Part shown: in pieces, positions 49,011 to 60,721 of the stretch
Position numbering within the stretch: position 1 is the first letter of the stretch
Layout: each line of letters opens with the position of its first letter
Assembly (NCBI RefSeq): GCF_032444005.1
Contig: NC_091284.1
Location: 692,974,001 to 693,038,000, forward strand
DNA from: Ranitomeya imitator
Taxonomy: Eukaryota
Reading direction: 5' to 3'
Length of the DNA stretch: 64,000 bases
Position numbers and translations under genes: made by a program
The notes under the pieces: model-generated
What the model was told of the DNA's origin: nothing
Databases searched by the model: none
Seen by the model: only the letters and a program-made list of their open reading frames with translations

Positions 49011-49924
49011 CGCAGCAGCGTATAAAAAAAATGTGTATTAAAGCACTAATAACCATGTAATACAACCAGGAATCTGAATACTAAAAAATAGGTCACTTTA
49101 ATCTATACTCTGAAGGAACAAAATCACATTAAAAACAATTTAAAGCAAAAAGTGATCAGTTTTTTTTTTCAATAGGATAAACTAGATCTCCACATTGCAA
49201 CATTTCCCTGAAGAAACCACTAATTGCTGGCGTAATACGTGGGGCTCATATGTTCTCCCTTTCTATATTTCTAGGGTAGAACCGTTAGGTCACACACCGA
49301 TATTTGATCTGGTATTTATATTACTTATAAAGCTTTATATTAATATTAATTTATGATCTGTTTGACTTATTACAGCCACCATTTTGCTTTAATGTTTTAT
49401 TCTTGGGGTATGTTTCTATGTTCCGTAAAGGCAATGCTTTGGACGCAGCAGATCCTCGCTCCGCCCAAAGCGCTGCCGGCTTTTGTACGCGTGGTGATTC
49501 CGCATGTGTTCAATGAACACATGCGGAATCACCGCATCCTATACATAGACTGTGTTATTTATCTTGCAGTGACTGAGTGTCTCCATAAGATATACTTGAT
49601 GCAGTCTAAAAAGACGCGCAGCATGTGCGTATACACAGGGGAGCTGAAGGCGTCCGTGCACGGATAGTGGAGATTGCATTTCATAAAATCCCATCCATTA
49701 TGCTGTAACATCTGGGCGCTGCAGATGTACGCAGCGTCCAATCCGCAGCAAATACTGAATGTGGAAACATACAGTTATAGGAATTTTTCGATTGGTTACT
49801 ATATATATGATTGTTATATTTACTTTTCAGTCCTTTTGTTTGGTAGAAATATATAATATACACATAGTAAGTGTTTTATTTTTTCTGTACCCTGTTGTAG
49901 GGAGGTGTTTTGGCTCTCCACATA

Positions 49925-50875
49925 CCGTATTTTCCGCTTTGTAAGACGCACTTTATTTCCCCCAAATTTGGGGGGGAAATGTGGGTGCGTCTAACAAAGC
50001 GGATATACCGCTTACCATTACAGGCTGGGAGGAGGGGGTGTCCGCCGCCGCTACCGCCTGCCGCCGCTGTCGTCCGCCGCCACTGCCGGGGTTGTCCGCT
50101 GCTGCCCCGGGTGATGCTGAAGGCTCCGGTGCTGCGGGGGGCTCTGGCGACATATTGTGAAAGACCAGAGCCCCCCGGCAGTTCTTCCATGCGTTCCAGT
50201 ATGACTAATTCCGGGAAAATGGCCGCCGGAATCTCGGGAGATGAGATTTCAGCGCTGAGATCTCATCTCTCGAGATTCCGGCGGCCATTTTCCCGGAGTT
50301 AGTTCCAGTATGACTGACTCCGGGAAAATGGCCGCCGGAATCTCGGGAGATGAGATTTCAGCGCTGAGATCTCATCTCTCGAGATTCCGGCGGCCATTTT
50401 CCCGGAATTAGTCATACTGGAACGCATGGAAGAACTGCCGGGGGGCTCTGGTCTTTCACAAAATGTCGCCAGAGCCCCCCGCAGCACCGGAGACAGCCCT
50501 ACAGCACAGGAGCCCCCTGCAGACCCCTCATCCCAGCCTGCAGCAAAGGAGCCCCCTGCAGACCCCTCATCCCAGCCTGCAGCAAAGGAGCCCCCTGCAG
50601 ACCCCTCATCCCAGGCTGCAGCACAGGAGCCCCCCTGCAGCACAGGAGCCCCCTGCAGACCCCCTCATCCCAGCCTGCAGCAATGCTCCACTCCTGCCTC
50701 CGGCAACGAGCCTGGGACCCTGATCCACCACAACCACAACCCCTGGTAAGTAATAAGACGCATGGATTATAAGACGCCCCACCAATTTATTAAAAAATAG
50801 TTTTTTCCTATTTTTCTCCTCAAAATTTGGGGTGCGTCTTATAATCCGGAGCGTCTTACAAAGCGAAAAATACGG
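49925..50875. mobile_element. Tc2/pogo-like MITE with a duplicated central hairpin
   Basis: TA|ccgtattttt...aaaaatacgg|TA; palindromic core repeated with a 111-bp period. Confidence 0.87.
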
Positions 50876-51731
50876 TATATATTATGATCCATTGTGGAGA
50901 TCTAATTTGTCCCATTTCAAAAAACTCATCCTTTTTTTGTTTTTGTGCTTTTGTTCACTTTTGTATTCAGATTACCTGTTGTATTTTATGGTTACTATTG
51001 CCTTTATACACAGCTTTTCTCTTTCATTTATGGATTTTTGGAGTAAGTACAAGAGTTCTGAAAGATCGATTTCAAAATGTGGATAGTCTGTACTATGAAA
51101 TCTGGTGATGCATCCACTTTAAACTGGTTCTCTTCAATCTATGCCTCCAAAATGCCCCCAGGGCCGGTAGTATTCAGCCTTGTTCTACTCTAAAGATGGC
51201 CATACACAACGGTCAATCGGTTGTCCGCTCTCGCTCCTGACTTTCCCATACACATAGTGTTATTGTGTTTCCACTGGGGAGACAGGAGAAAGCTGCTGCC
51301 AGAAATTCTGGCAGCTGGTTATTTCTTGGAGAACAAGGGTGTTGGGCATTGAAATTTAAACTCCGCTATCCTTAACTCCATCAACACCATCTGTTGGGAG
51401 GTTCCCCTACACATGAGATGTTTAGCTGATATCTGTGGACTTGGCTGACTTTTAAAGTGAATTGGGACCTTAAAGGAGTTCTCGGAGAATGTGATAAAAA
51501 TGTCACCTGCATCAGCTTTGAAGCTGCAACCCATCCTAGTCATGTCAGGACAGGTTGCTATCTGAAGAAGCACAGACTGACTGGTGTCTCAATTGTCAGG
51601 GGAGCAGCATCCAACTTAATGTGTTCACTCCGTGCTCAGTCTTCGCTGACTGTCAAAAACTGGTTAAGAAATGATCACGGAGGAGGACTGAGGCTACAGC
51701 TCTGAGTACGGTAACTCATGGCTGAGTGAGC

Positions 51732-52139
51732 AGATCAGGTTACGATGCTGCTCCTCTGACAGTTGAGACACCTGTCTCGAGCTGTTTTTCTTTAGATGAC
51801 TACCCATCTTGACCGGTAACTAAGACAGGTTTCAATGTGAAATACGTTGCAATGTTCATTTTTATCACCGTTTTGGAGAACACCTGTGTGTAGAAGCCAC
51901 ATCAGATGTATGGAAGGGATTTCAAGGATGAAATGGAGATCAGGTTACGATGCTGCTCCTCTGACAGTTGAGACACCTGTCTCAAGCTGTTTCTCTTCAG
52001 ATGACTACCCGTCTTGACCGGTAACTAAGACAGGTTTCAATGTGAAATATGTCGCAATGTTCATTTTTAGCACCGTTTTGGCGAACAGGTGTGTGTAGAA
52101 GCCACATCAGACGTATGGAAGGGATTTCATGGATGAAAT
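51732..52139. repeat. Tandem duplication, 205-bp period, 2 copies
   Basis: 51732-51934 vs 51937-52139, roughly 90% identical by eye. Confidence 0.9.
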
Positions 52140-53542
52140 TCAGTCAGGGGCACCCTAAATGAACAATTCAAGAAAAAAGTTTGACAAAATAAGTTAGTGA
52201 AAAATAAATGCGCAATTAAAGAGAAGTGAGTAGAATGTGAAACATTACAAAAATGCAAAAGATGAATGAAAACATATGAAAAAAAAAAGTGAAATGGTGT
52301 AAAATCGGGACTTGTAGTAAAGTGTAAGTAGCTCGAAACACAGCCAGGTTGAACCGTATAAATGGCCATAAAACAACCTGCACACACAAAATAATATATA
52401 AAAAAATTGACATTTCCAAATCAATAAAAGTAAACGACACCGGTGGGAAGCTAAAAGATGTTTTCTTGGATTCATACTTCACCTCCCCCGCATACACATT
52501 TTACTTCTAAAAGAAAGGTTCACTGATGCAACTTCCAAACCATTATGGAAAATAAGGGATAAAAATGCTGCTCAGTGGTGATGGATCATTTGTGGTCATT
52601 GTAATAAGCGTAAAGAAATAATCGTCTTTGCAGACTTCTACATAAACAGGATTCTTCCATGCCGGCTTATAATGTAGTGTTTGTTCTCCCGCTGCTTTCG
52701 CTTCCCGGGGCTATTTAAGTCTTTTATTACAGAATATAAATGCAAGGTATTTAGAAAGTTTCTTTTGAAACTGAAGATGACAACTGAAAAACTATTTTAT
52801 CCAGATTATAAATAATGCTGAAACGATTAGAATGGCACCGAAAAGTTGCTGTAATTCAGTTGTGACACCATCAGGTAAGCCCAGGTTTCAGCATCCCAGC
52901 TGTTCTTTATGAAGCTGTGCGGAGTTGGAATGGCACCAGGTACAGTCCCTGCCAAATAAAGCTGTGAAATACACAATCCTAAAACGATCACGTGGAAGGC
53001 TGTCGAGTGGGGAAATTAGAAGGAATGCTTACCGGGGGAGCTGTGCGGTATAATTAACATCTTTATCTACCAAAAGCGTGGAAGCCTTAGGTATTGGGTA
53101 AAAATGCTGTAATGTGCTGGGGTAGTTATTCCTTAAAGCAGATCTGGCACCAACGCTCCTAATAAAATGCATTCATTATTAACTAGATCTCTTGTATCTG
53201 ATGAGGCTGGTGTACTTACTTTAACATGTGTATGCATGGCTATACAATCCTCTTTAAAGATAGACAAACCTTATTTTCATAAAATGCACATCTTAATATG
53301 CGCAGTATGCAGCCATTTTGACCTGGATTTTCAAAGTATTTTCATTGGCCTCATCAGGTCGAATAGATCCATTTAATATTTTGGGAAGTATATATTGTGC
53401 ACTCTTGTGTCAGATCTGCTTTTTAAGGGAACTTTTCACCAGGTTTTCCCAGTATAAACGTGTATTATTATTATTACAACTAGTCCCTATTCACTTCAAT
53501 GAGCTGAGCTTGATGTAAGTGACCTACCCATAAACAAATATA

Positions 53543-55466
53543 CAGTAGGGAAAATATGTATTTAATACACTGCCGATTTTGCAAGTTTTCCCACCTAGAA
53601 GGAATGTAGTAATTTTTATCGCAGGTACGCTTCAACTGTGAGAGACAATGTGATTTTCTGGATTTTTTTAAAATCATTTTTACATAATTAAATTGAATCT
53701 TATTGCATGAAATAAGTATTTGACACAGTAGGAAAACAGAACCTAATATTTGGTACAGGAACCTTTTGTTTGCAATTAGGGGTCAGACTTTTTCTATAGT
53801 TTTTGACCAAGTTTACACACACTGCAGCAGAGATTTCGGCCCAGTCCTCCATACAAATCTTCTCCAGATCTTTCAGGTTTCGGGGCTGTCACTGGGCAAC
53901 ATTGAGTTTCAGCTCCTTCTAAAGATTGTCTATTGGGTGCAGGTCTGGAGACTGGGTAGGCCACACCAGAACCTTAAAATGCTTCTTACGGAGCCACACT
54001 TTAGTTGTCCTGGCTGTGTCTTTCAGGTCATTGTGCTGGAAGACCCAGCCACGACCCATCTTCAACTCTCTACTGAGGGAAGGAGGTTGTTGGCCAAAAT
54101 CTCACAATACTTGACCCCATCCATCCTCCCTTCAATATTGTGCAGTCGTCCTGGTCCCTTTGCAGAAAAATACCCCCAAAGTATGATGTTTTCCCCACCA
54201 CGCTTCACGATTGAGTAAGTGTGCTTGGGGTTGTACTCCTCTTTCTTTTTACTCCAAACATGACGAGTGGAGTTGATACCAAAAAGTTCTATTTTGGTCC
54301 ATCTGACCACATGACCTTCTCCCATGCCTCTGGATCATTCAGATCAGATGGTCATTGGAGAACTTCAAACAAGCCTGGTCATGTACTTGCGTGAGCAAGG
54401 GTGTACCCTACAGGATTATAATCCATGATTGCATAGTGTGTTACTCACGGTAATGTTTGAGACTATGGTTCCAGGTCTCTTCAGGTCATTGACCAGGTCA
54501 TTGACCAGGTCCTCCCGTGTACTGTAGTTGTGGGCAGATTCCTGACTTTTCTCAGATTCAGCCTGACCCCAAGAGATGAGATCGTGCATGGAGCCCCAGA
54601 ACGAGAAAGATTGACAGTCATCTTGTTTTTCTTCCATTTTCTAATAATTTGTGCCAAGAGTTGTTACTTTATTACCAAGCTGCTTGCCTATTGTCCTGTA
54701 GCCCATCCCAGCATTGTGCAGGTCTACAATTTTGTCCCTGGTGTCCTTAGACAGCTCTATGGTCTTGGCCATGGTGGAGAGGTTAAGTGTGTGGACAGGT
54801 CTGTCTTTTATACAGGTAACGAGTTCAAACAGGTGCAATTCATACAGGTAATGAGTGCAGAGTAGGAGGGCTTCTTAGGGTATGTGCACACGCTGCGGAT
54901 CCGCAGCAGTTTCCCATGAGTTTACATTACAATGTAAACCTATGGGAAACAAAGAACGCTGTGCACATGCTGCGAAAAAAAAAAACGTGCAGAAACGCAG
55001 CAGTTTACATTCCGCAGCATGTCACTTCTTTCTGCGGATTCCGCAGCGGTTTTACAACTGCTCCTATAGAAAACCGCAGTTGTAAAACCACAGTGAAATC
55101 CCCCCCCAAAAAAAACGTGGTAAATCCGCGATACATCTGCAGCAAAAACGCAGCGTTTTTGCCCTGCTGATTTTTCAAATCCGCAGTGGACCATTCTACG
55201 TGTGCACATAGCCTTAAAGAAAAAATAACAGGTCTGGGAGAGCCAGAATTCATGCTAGTTTGTAGGTGACCACATATTTATTTCATGCAGCCAAATGCAA
55301 TTTAATTATTTAAAAATCATACAATGTGATTTTTGGGATTTTCTTTTCTTTTCTTTAAGATTCTGTCTTTGACAGTTGAAGTCTATGTACGATAAAAAAT
55401 TACAGACCTCTCCATTGTTTGTAGATGGGAAAGCTTGCAAAATCGGCATATTTATTCTCCCCACTG
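53543..55466 (-). mobile_element. Decayed Tc1 transposon
   Basis: Inverted ends (cagtaggg...ccgattttgcaag / cttgcaaaatcgg...ccactg); minus-strand [25 protein letters not shown] and [14 protein letters not shown] remnants. Confidence 0.85.
54878..55213. mobile_element. PIF/Harbinger-type MITE nested in Tc1
   Basis: TIR gggtatgtgcacacg / cgtgtgcacatagcc; TTA TSD on both sides. Confidence 0.88.
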
Positions 55467-55952
55467 TTGTGCTTGCTATGCTGCAGACTCAGATGTCACT
55501 CAAGTTGTATACTAGTCATAAATATAAACCGTATATGTTTTTTATCTGTTTTACCTATTAATGGGCACATCAACTTGTAACTAATTCACTATAGATTTCC
55601 TATAAGAAAAAATGCACAGCAGCAAAATACCCACAAAATTGTGCAGATTTTGTTGTGGGAATGCTGCTTTCTCTGCTGAAGGCGCTATCTTTAATCTCCA
55701 CCCGCAAGCTGTCACTTGTCACATTAGCCTTCCATGCGCTAAACACACAGATTTCCTGCTCTTGGGTATCACACAGACTGGAGCAATAGAGGCATGGAGG
55801 AAATTCTACTGCACTACTCAGCAGTGTAACTGTGAAACCTGCACACGGATAAAATGGCTAGAACCTGCACAACTAGTTCCTGCATAGACTACAATAAGCA
55901 GTGTAACATGACATCACACTGTGCTGGCAGTCTGTCTTGCTTTGACCTAGAT

Positions 55953-56135
55953 TAGTGTTTCCCAAACTCCAGTCCTCACGGACCCCACGGGTCATGTTTT
56001 CAGGATTTCCATAGTGTTGCACAGGTGAGACAATTCCTGATGCCTTGATGATACTTCCACTACTTGTGCAATACTAATGAAATCCTGAAAACATGACCCG
56101 TGGGGTCCGGGAGGGCTGGAGTTTGGGAAACACTG
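55953..56135. mobile_element. hAT-type palindromic MITE
   Basis: tagtgtttcccaaactccag / ctggagtttgggaaacactg; TSD ACCTAGAT/ACCTAGAC; related to 19888-20049. Confidence 0.85.
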
Positions 56136-58202
56136 ACCTAGACAAAAGTTGACTTTGTTTTAATGTATATAGCATGAATGAGGAGTTCACGGGTGAGGCG
56201 AGGGAACTGATTTTTATTATGGCACTAGCACTGCTTGTAAATGAAGTGGATGTATTACACTCCTAAGCGGCGCCTCATTCTAGATGCCCTTGAAAGAGGT
56301 CTGTCTGGACCAAAATGTGGATTTTTTTGAATATCTGGATAGTAATCTTGGATCTTATACGTTCTTCAGATGAAATATTTGATTATTTTTCGCCCCCATG
56401 TGATCTCTTTGATGTATTAGGTGTTTACTTGCAGTAGTTTTCTTCTTTTTGAAATATTTACTCAATACGGATTTGATGAAGCCTTCTGCAGACCACCAAC
56501 ATAGTACAGAGTGTGGCACTTCTCTATGAGGGATCTGACTATGACATAACTGATCCATAAAATCTGCCATAGTCCCCCTATAAATGATGACTGTGTGAAT
56601 AGAACCGAGACTAGAGATGATGTGTGTATATACAGTGGATGAGTCAATGTCACAACTGTAAGTGTGATATTAGAAATAAGCGATTTCTTTCCATTATGTT
56701 GGAATCAATGTAACATCTAAAAGAACATTTTTATCTATAGAGATACAAATATCTACAAAAGCCACATATATTATGTAATATGTACACATTACAATACAGC
56801 GAGGAAATGGAACTTTTTTCCCAAACCCTTGTGTTTCCTTTCTGGTTATTCAATGAAGCCTCTTAATTGAGTACAATATATTATGATTGCAAAGGTATTA
56901 GTAATTATGTGGGTTCGGATTTCATCCATTGAATGCATCATAGCCATTTATATTCACATTTACATCTTTTGTCAGCGGTACAATTGATTTCTTACCTTGT
57001 GGGCAGCACTTTCTGTAGATCACGCTTGCTCATTTTTGGTGATAAGTTTATTGGAAACAGTATTTTTAAGATTCCCTTTTGAGTAACTACTTTTTTTAAA
57101 ATAATGTTGCCACATAAGGCTCTTAGGTTCCCTGTATATGGCAAAAGTATTATTGTGCTCTTTGCACCAGCAGTGTCGGTGTGCTACTAAAACTTGGGTT
57201 ACATCCATAGATCAGTTACCATTTAGTAGGAAGCCATATGATTGACAGTTATATCTTTGATACACTTTATCCCTTTAAATACATTCCTGTAAACCAGCAA
57301 TGGCTCCCTGGGTAAAGGATATGCAACTAAGCCTTTTACAACAAGGATGTGGTCTCTCTAGTGATCTGAAATGGTCACTCTATAAGTTTATGTCAATTAG
57401 TGATGAGCAGACTGTCTAATAGGCAATCGCGCATGTGTTCAGGCTGTCTAACAGCTGAAAACATGCAGCCGCAGGGACTCGAACATATTATCCGAGCACA
57501 CCCGAGATACTCTGATAACACCTGAGATACTCTGATAACACGTTAACTGAGGTTCCCTCATTAATGTGGACCCTATCTCCTATAGATGGACTTAAGAGCT
57601 CCAACTTCCTCTTGGAAAAGGCTAATTTGTACATGCCTTTCTTGGGGAGCATTAGCACATAATTTAGAGTACTCAAGCGGAAAAAAACTCCATCTTCAGA
57701 CAGTTGTTTTGGGGTTCTTGACCCTCAGCAGTGCTGAGTAGGATACTGGTTGGCTGGCTTAGATGACTTTGAGGTCTTCAGAGTAAAGTCTCTCTTTGAG
57801 GAGACTGCCAAGCTGGCGTAAAGAGTCTTGTCTGTTTTGACTGATTATCTAAGTCATATTGTATGGCCTTATTATAGGACTGACCTTGACTAGAGTAGTT
57901 ACCTCCAATAAGAGGCACTAGAGAGCTTTTCTTGGAAGAGGCTGAATTGTATAGGAAAATGTAGGCAATGTCTTGAGGTTTTCGTATACTTTATGCACTT
58001 TCCGTGTAATTAGAATAGCCAGGCCAGAAGGCAAAGCTGGTTCTTTGCCTAATAAAGTGGTCTGCTGAACTCGACTACACGTGTGGCGTTTATGGATTTT
58101 GAGGGGTTGTCTCCTACTAGACAACCACTGCTTACTCAATTCATGACCCCGTGGAAATAATCAGTGTCGCCATTCCTGTGTCGTCAGTCCTGCTGTTCCT
58201 AG

Positions 58203-58316
58203 CAGGGCTGTGGAGTCGGAGTCATGGAGCAGGAGTCAGTCAGAGCCCATTTTGGTGGAGTCGGTGTCATGGAAATTGAGAAGTCTGAGGTTTGGCTTAC
58301 CAGCTCCACAGCCCTG
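58203..58316. mobile_element. Short hAT-type MITE with ggagtc repeats
   Basis: TIR cagggctgtggag / ctccacagccctg; TSD decayed. Confidence 0.6.
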
Positions 58317-60721
58317 GATCCCAGCAGGTGACATAATATTGTTGTCATAGGACTGCTGCAACCAGTCACCAACCGCCGATCAGCTGCAGCTCATCAATAT
58401 GCCATCAGAGCAGAAGTCTGCTCTAGCAAAATAGTAAAGTCTGCAGCCTATCCAAAGCTGCTGATTGGCTGCATCAGTCACGTGACGCAACAATATCGCG
58501 TCACCCCCTGACAAGTTCAGCACCGCCTTTGCTGGAATGACGCTGCAGGAGGCGAGTATGCATGGCTTTTATGCTCTATGGGACCCTGAGTTGGTTAGGC
58601 TTTTGTCGAGGAGTGGATAACCCCTTCAACAGAGAAATTGGAAGCAAAGCTTTGTAATGTTTAGGAACTGTCTGTCTCCTATTCACAATGGATTTGGTTC
58701 TACGTAATCTACGAAGTGTAAAAGCCTCTTACACTAATGTCATCTGAACCCACTGATATTGATGGGTTCGGCCCACAATCTAATGTGAATGGAAGCCAGC
58801 TGACCATCGGCAGAGACGTGGATCGGGCATATGCAGTTGTGGACTGACGGTCGCTTTCTTCTCAGAGATAAGCCGCCTGCAGACAGGAGCGCTCAGCCAA
58901 ATTAGTGTTGATGTGGATGGGGGAGATGATGGCTGTAGGATCAACGAAGTGTTGTTTGATCGACAGCCATCAAATGTGTATGGCCAGCATAAGTATTTTC
59001 AGTGCTATGATGGTATCCGTCATTGTTTGTTGTTGTACATGATGATGTTATTGGTGCTTGTCTGTCGTCAGCACCTCGATTGCTAGCAAATGTTTGTATT
59101 TGTGTTCTTTATTTTATGCATTTTTCTCTTAAATCCATTAGCTAGCACTGAAAAATATCAGTGAACGACACAAATGTACCTTTAGGTGTTAGGGTATGGG
59201 GCCACAATCCGGAATGGCTGCGGTTTTGACACTGCGTATTTATGCCGCAGTGGCCAGAAATCCCATGACCGCGGGCACTGACATGTGTCGCCTCTTTCAG
59301 GAACGCAGCATGGCAATTTCTTTGGTGGAGACGCTGGTCTCCGCTACAGACGTTTCATCAATACAGTGTATGGGATGCGGTAAATCCGCACGGTTCAGTG
59401 AACACGTGCGGATTTACCGGTGTTCAATAAAACGCATTGAAAGGATGCTACTTCCAGATGGTGGGCACATAGTCTTAAGATGATTTCTGGAGCTGTGATT
59501 ATATCTGTGTGTGAGGTGATTTTGTGTTACTTGGCTGCATAGGTGAACAGCTGCTGGGAAACATAAAATTACTATTCGCACAGACGAATTAAAATGAAGG
59601 GGTGGGAATATTTATGCTCGATCCTTTATTGATCCATTAAGGAGTTGACTTGTAAAAACTAGCACTTATGCAATTTGACGCTCATTAAAATTTACAGCAG
59701 CCGTTGAGATATGAACACTTTACCTTTTTTAATTTGTTTAATGCTCGTTGTTTAGGAGATCGACCACTGCTGCTGTCTAGCTTGTAAGAACTACACTGAA
59801 GTTGCTTGGAATTAGGCAGTAATATCATGCCCCCAGCGATCCTGGGCAGCTTCAAAAGAGTGCTTACAAGCTCAGTAGAAAAGAGCTTGTAAGCGCTGCA
59901 CACATTCTGCTTCTCTGAGCAGCGGTCGGTCTCCAAGGCAATGAGCTGTAAACAAAATAATATCTCAAGAATGGCTGAAAATTTTAATAAGTAGTAAATT
60001 GCATAATTTCTTGTATTTGTTAGCACTATCCGACAGTATCAATTTATAAAGATAAGAATTACCTTTTAAGATCTGTGAAAGTTAGAGAATGAGCCTTGCA
60101 AGCAACACTTTGGTATATTATAAATGCTTTAGATGCTAGTACCCTTATACGTCTCCTTAAGAAATGCAATATTTTCAGCCTTGTAGAAAAAGATATGCAA
60201 AAAAAGGCCCCATACAAAGGCTATGTGGCATTGAAGAAGAAAAAAACGTAAAGTGCAATACAAAAACCTATAGAATGATAGTCTGAGAATTTACAGAATA
60301 TAAAGAATACACAAGTGGTAGAACACATACAAAATAAGGCTAAGGCCACGTTCATGTGATGGCTCCATTAATCAAATGGGCGGCCCTCCTAGCTCTTCGC
60401 CATCTAATGGTTAGGAAACGCTTGGAAACCTTTATTTTTTTTAAATTTTTTTTACATACTAGAAAAAAAATGCCACACTGATGGAAACTTGGAGACACAA
60501 ACCAAATAAACGAATGAAAAGCGAATAAAAGGTACTGATCAGAATTTGATGTAAAAAAAATAAAAATAAAAAAATTTGGTGTGTGAAACCGCATTTTTCA
60601 CATAAGCGACCTCAATTTTTTTTTTTTTTGCAAAGCGTGATGAGGAAAGCAGGTCAAGTGATCTGTAATGGGAAGTGCTATAAGGGGACAGGTTGACACT
60701 CCTGAAACGCATGTTGTTTAA

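Noticed and set aside
60640-60715. Possible second hammerhead (tgatgagg...gaaacgcat); also gtgaagag...caaa at about 124-146
   Set aside because: Core nucleotides and stems could not be assembled into a valid fold.
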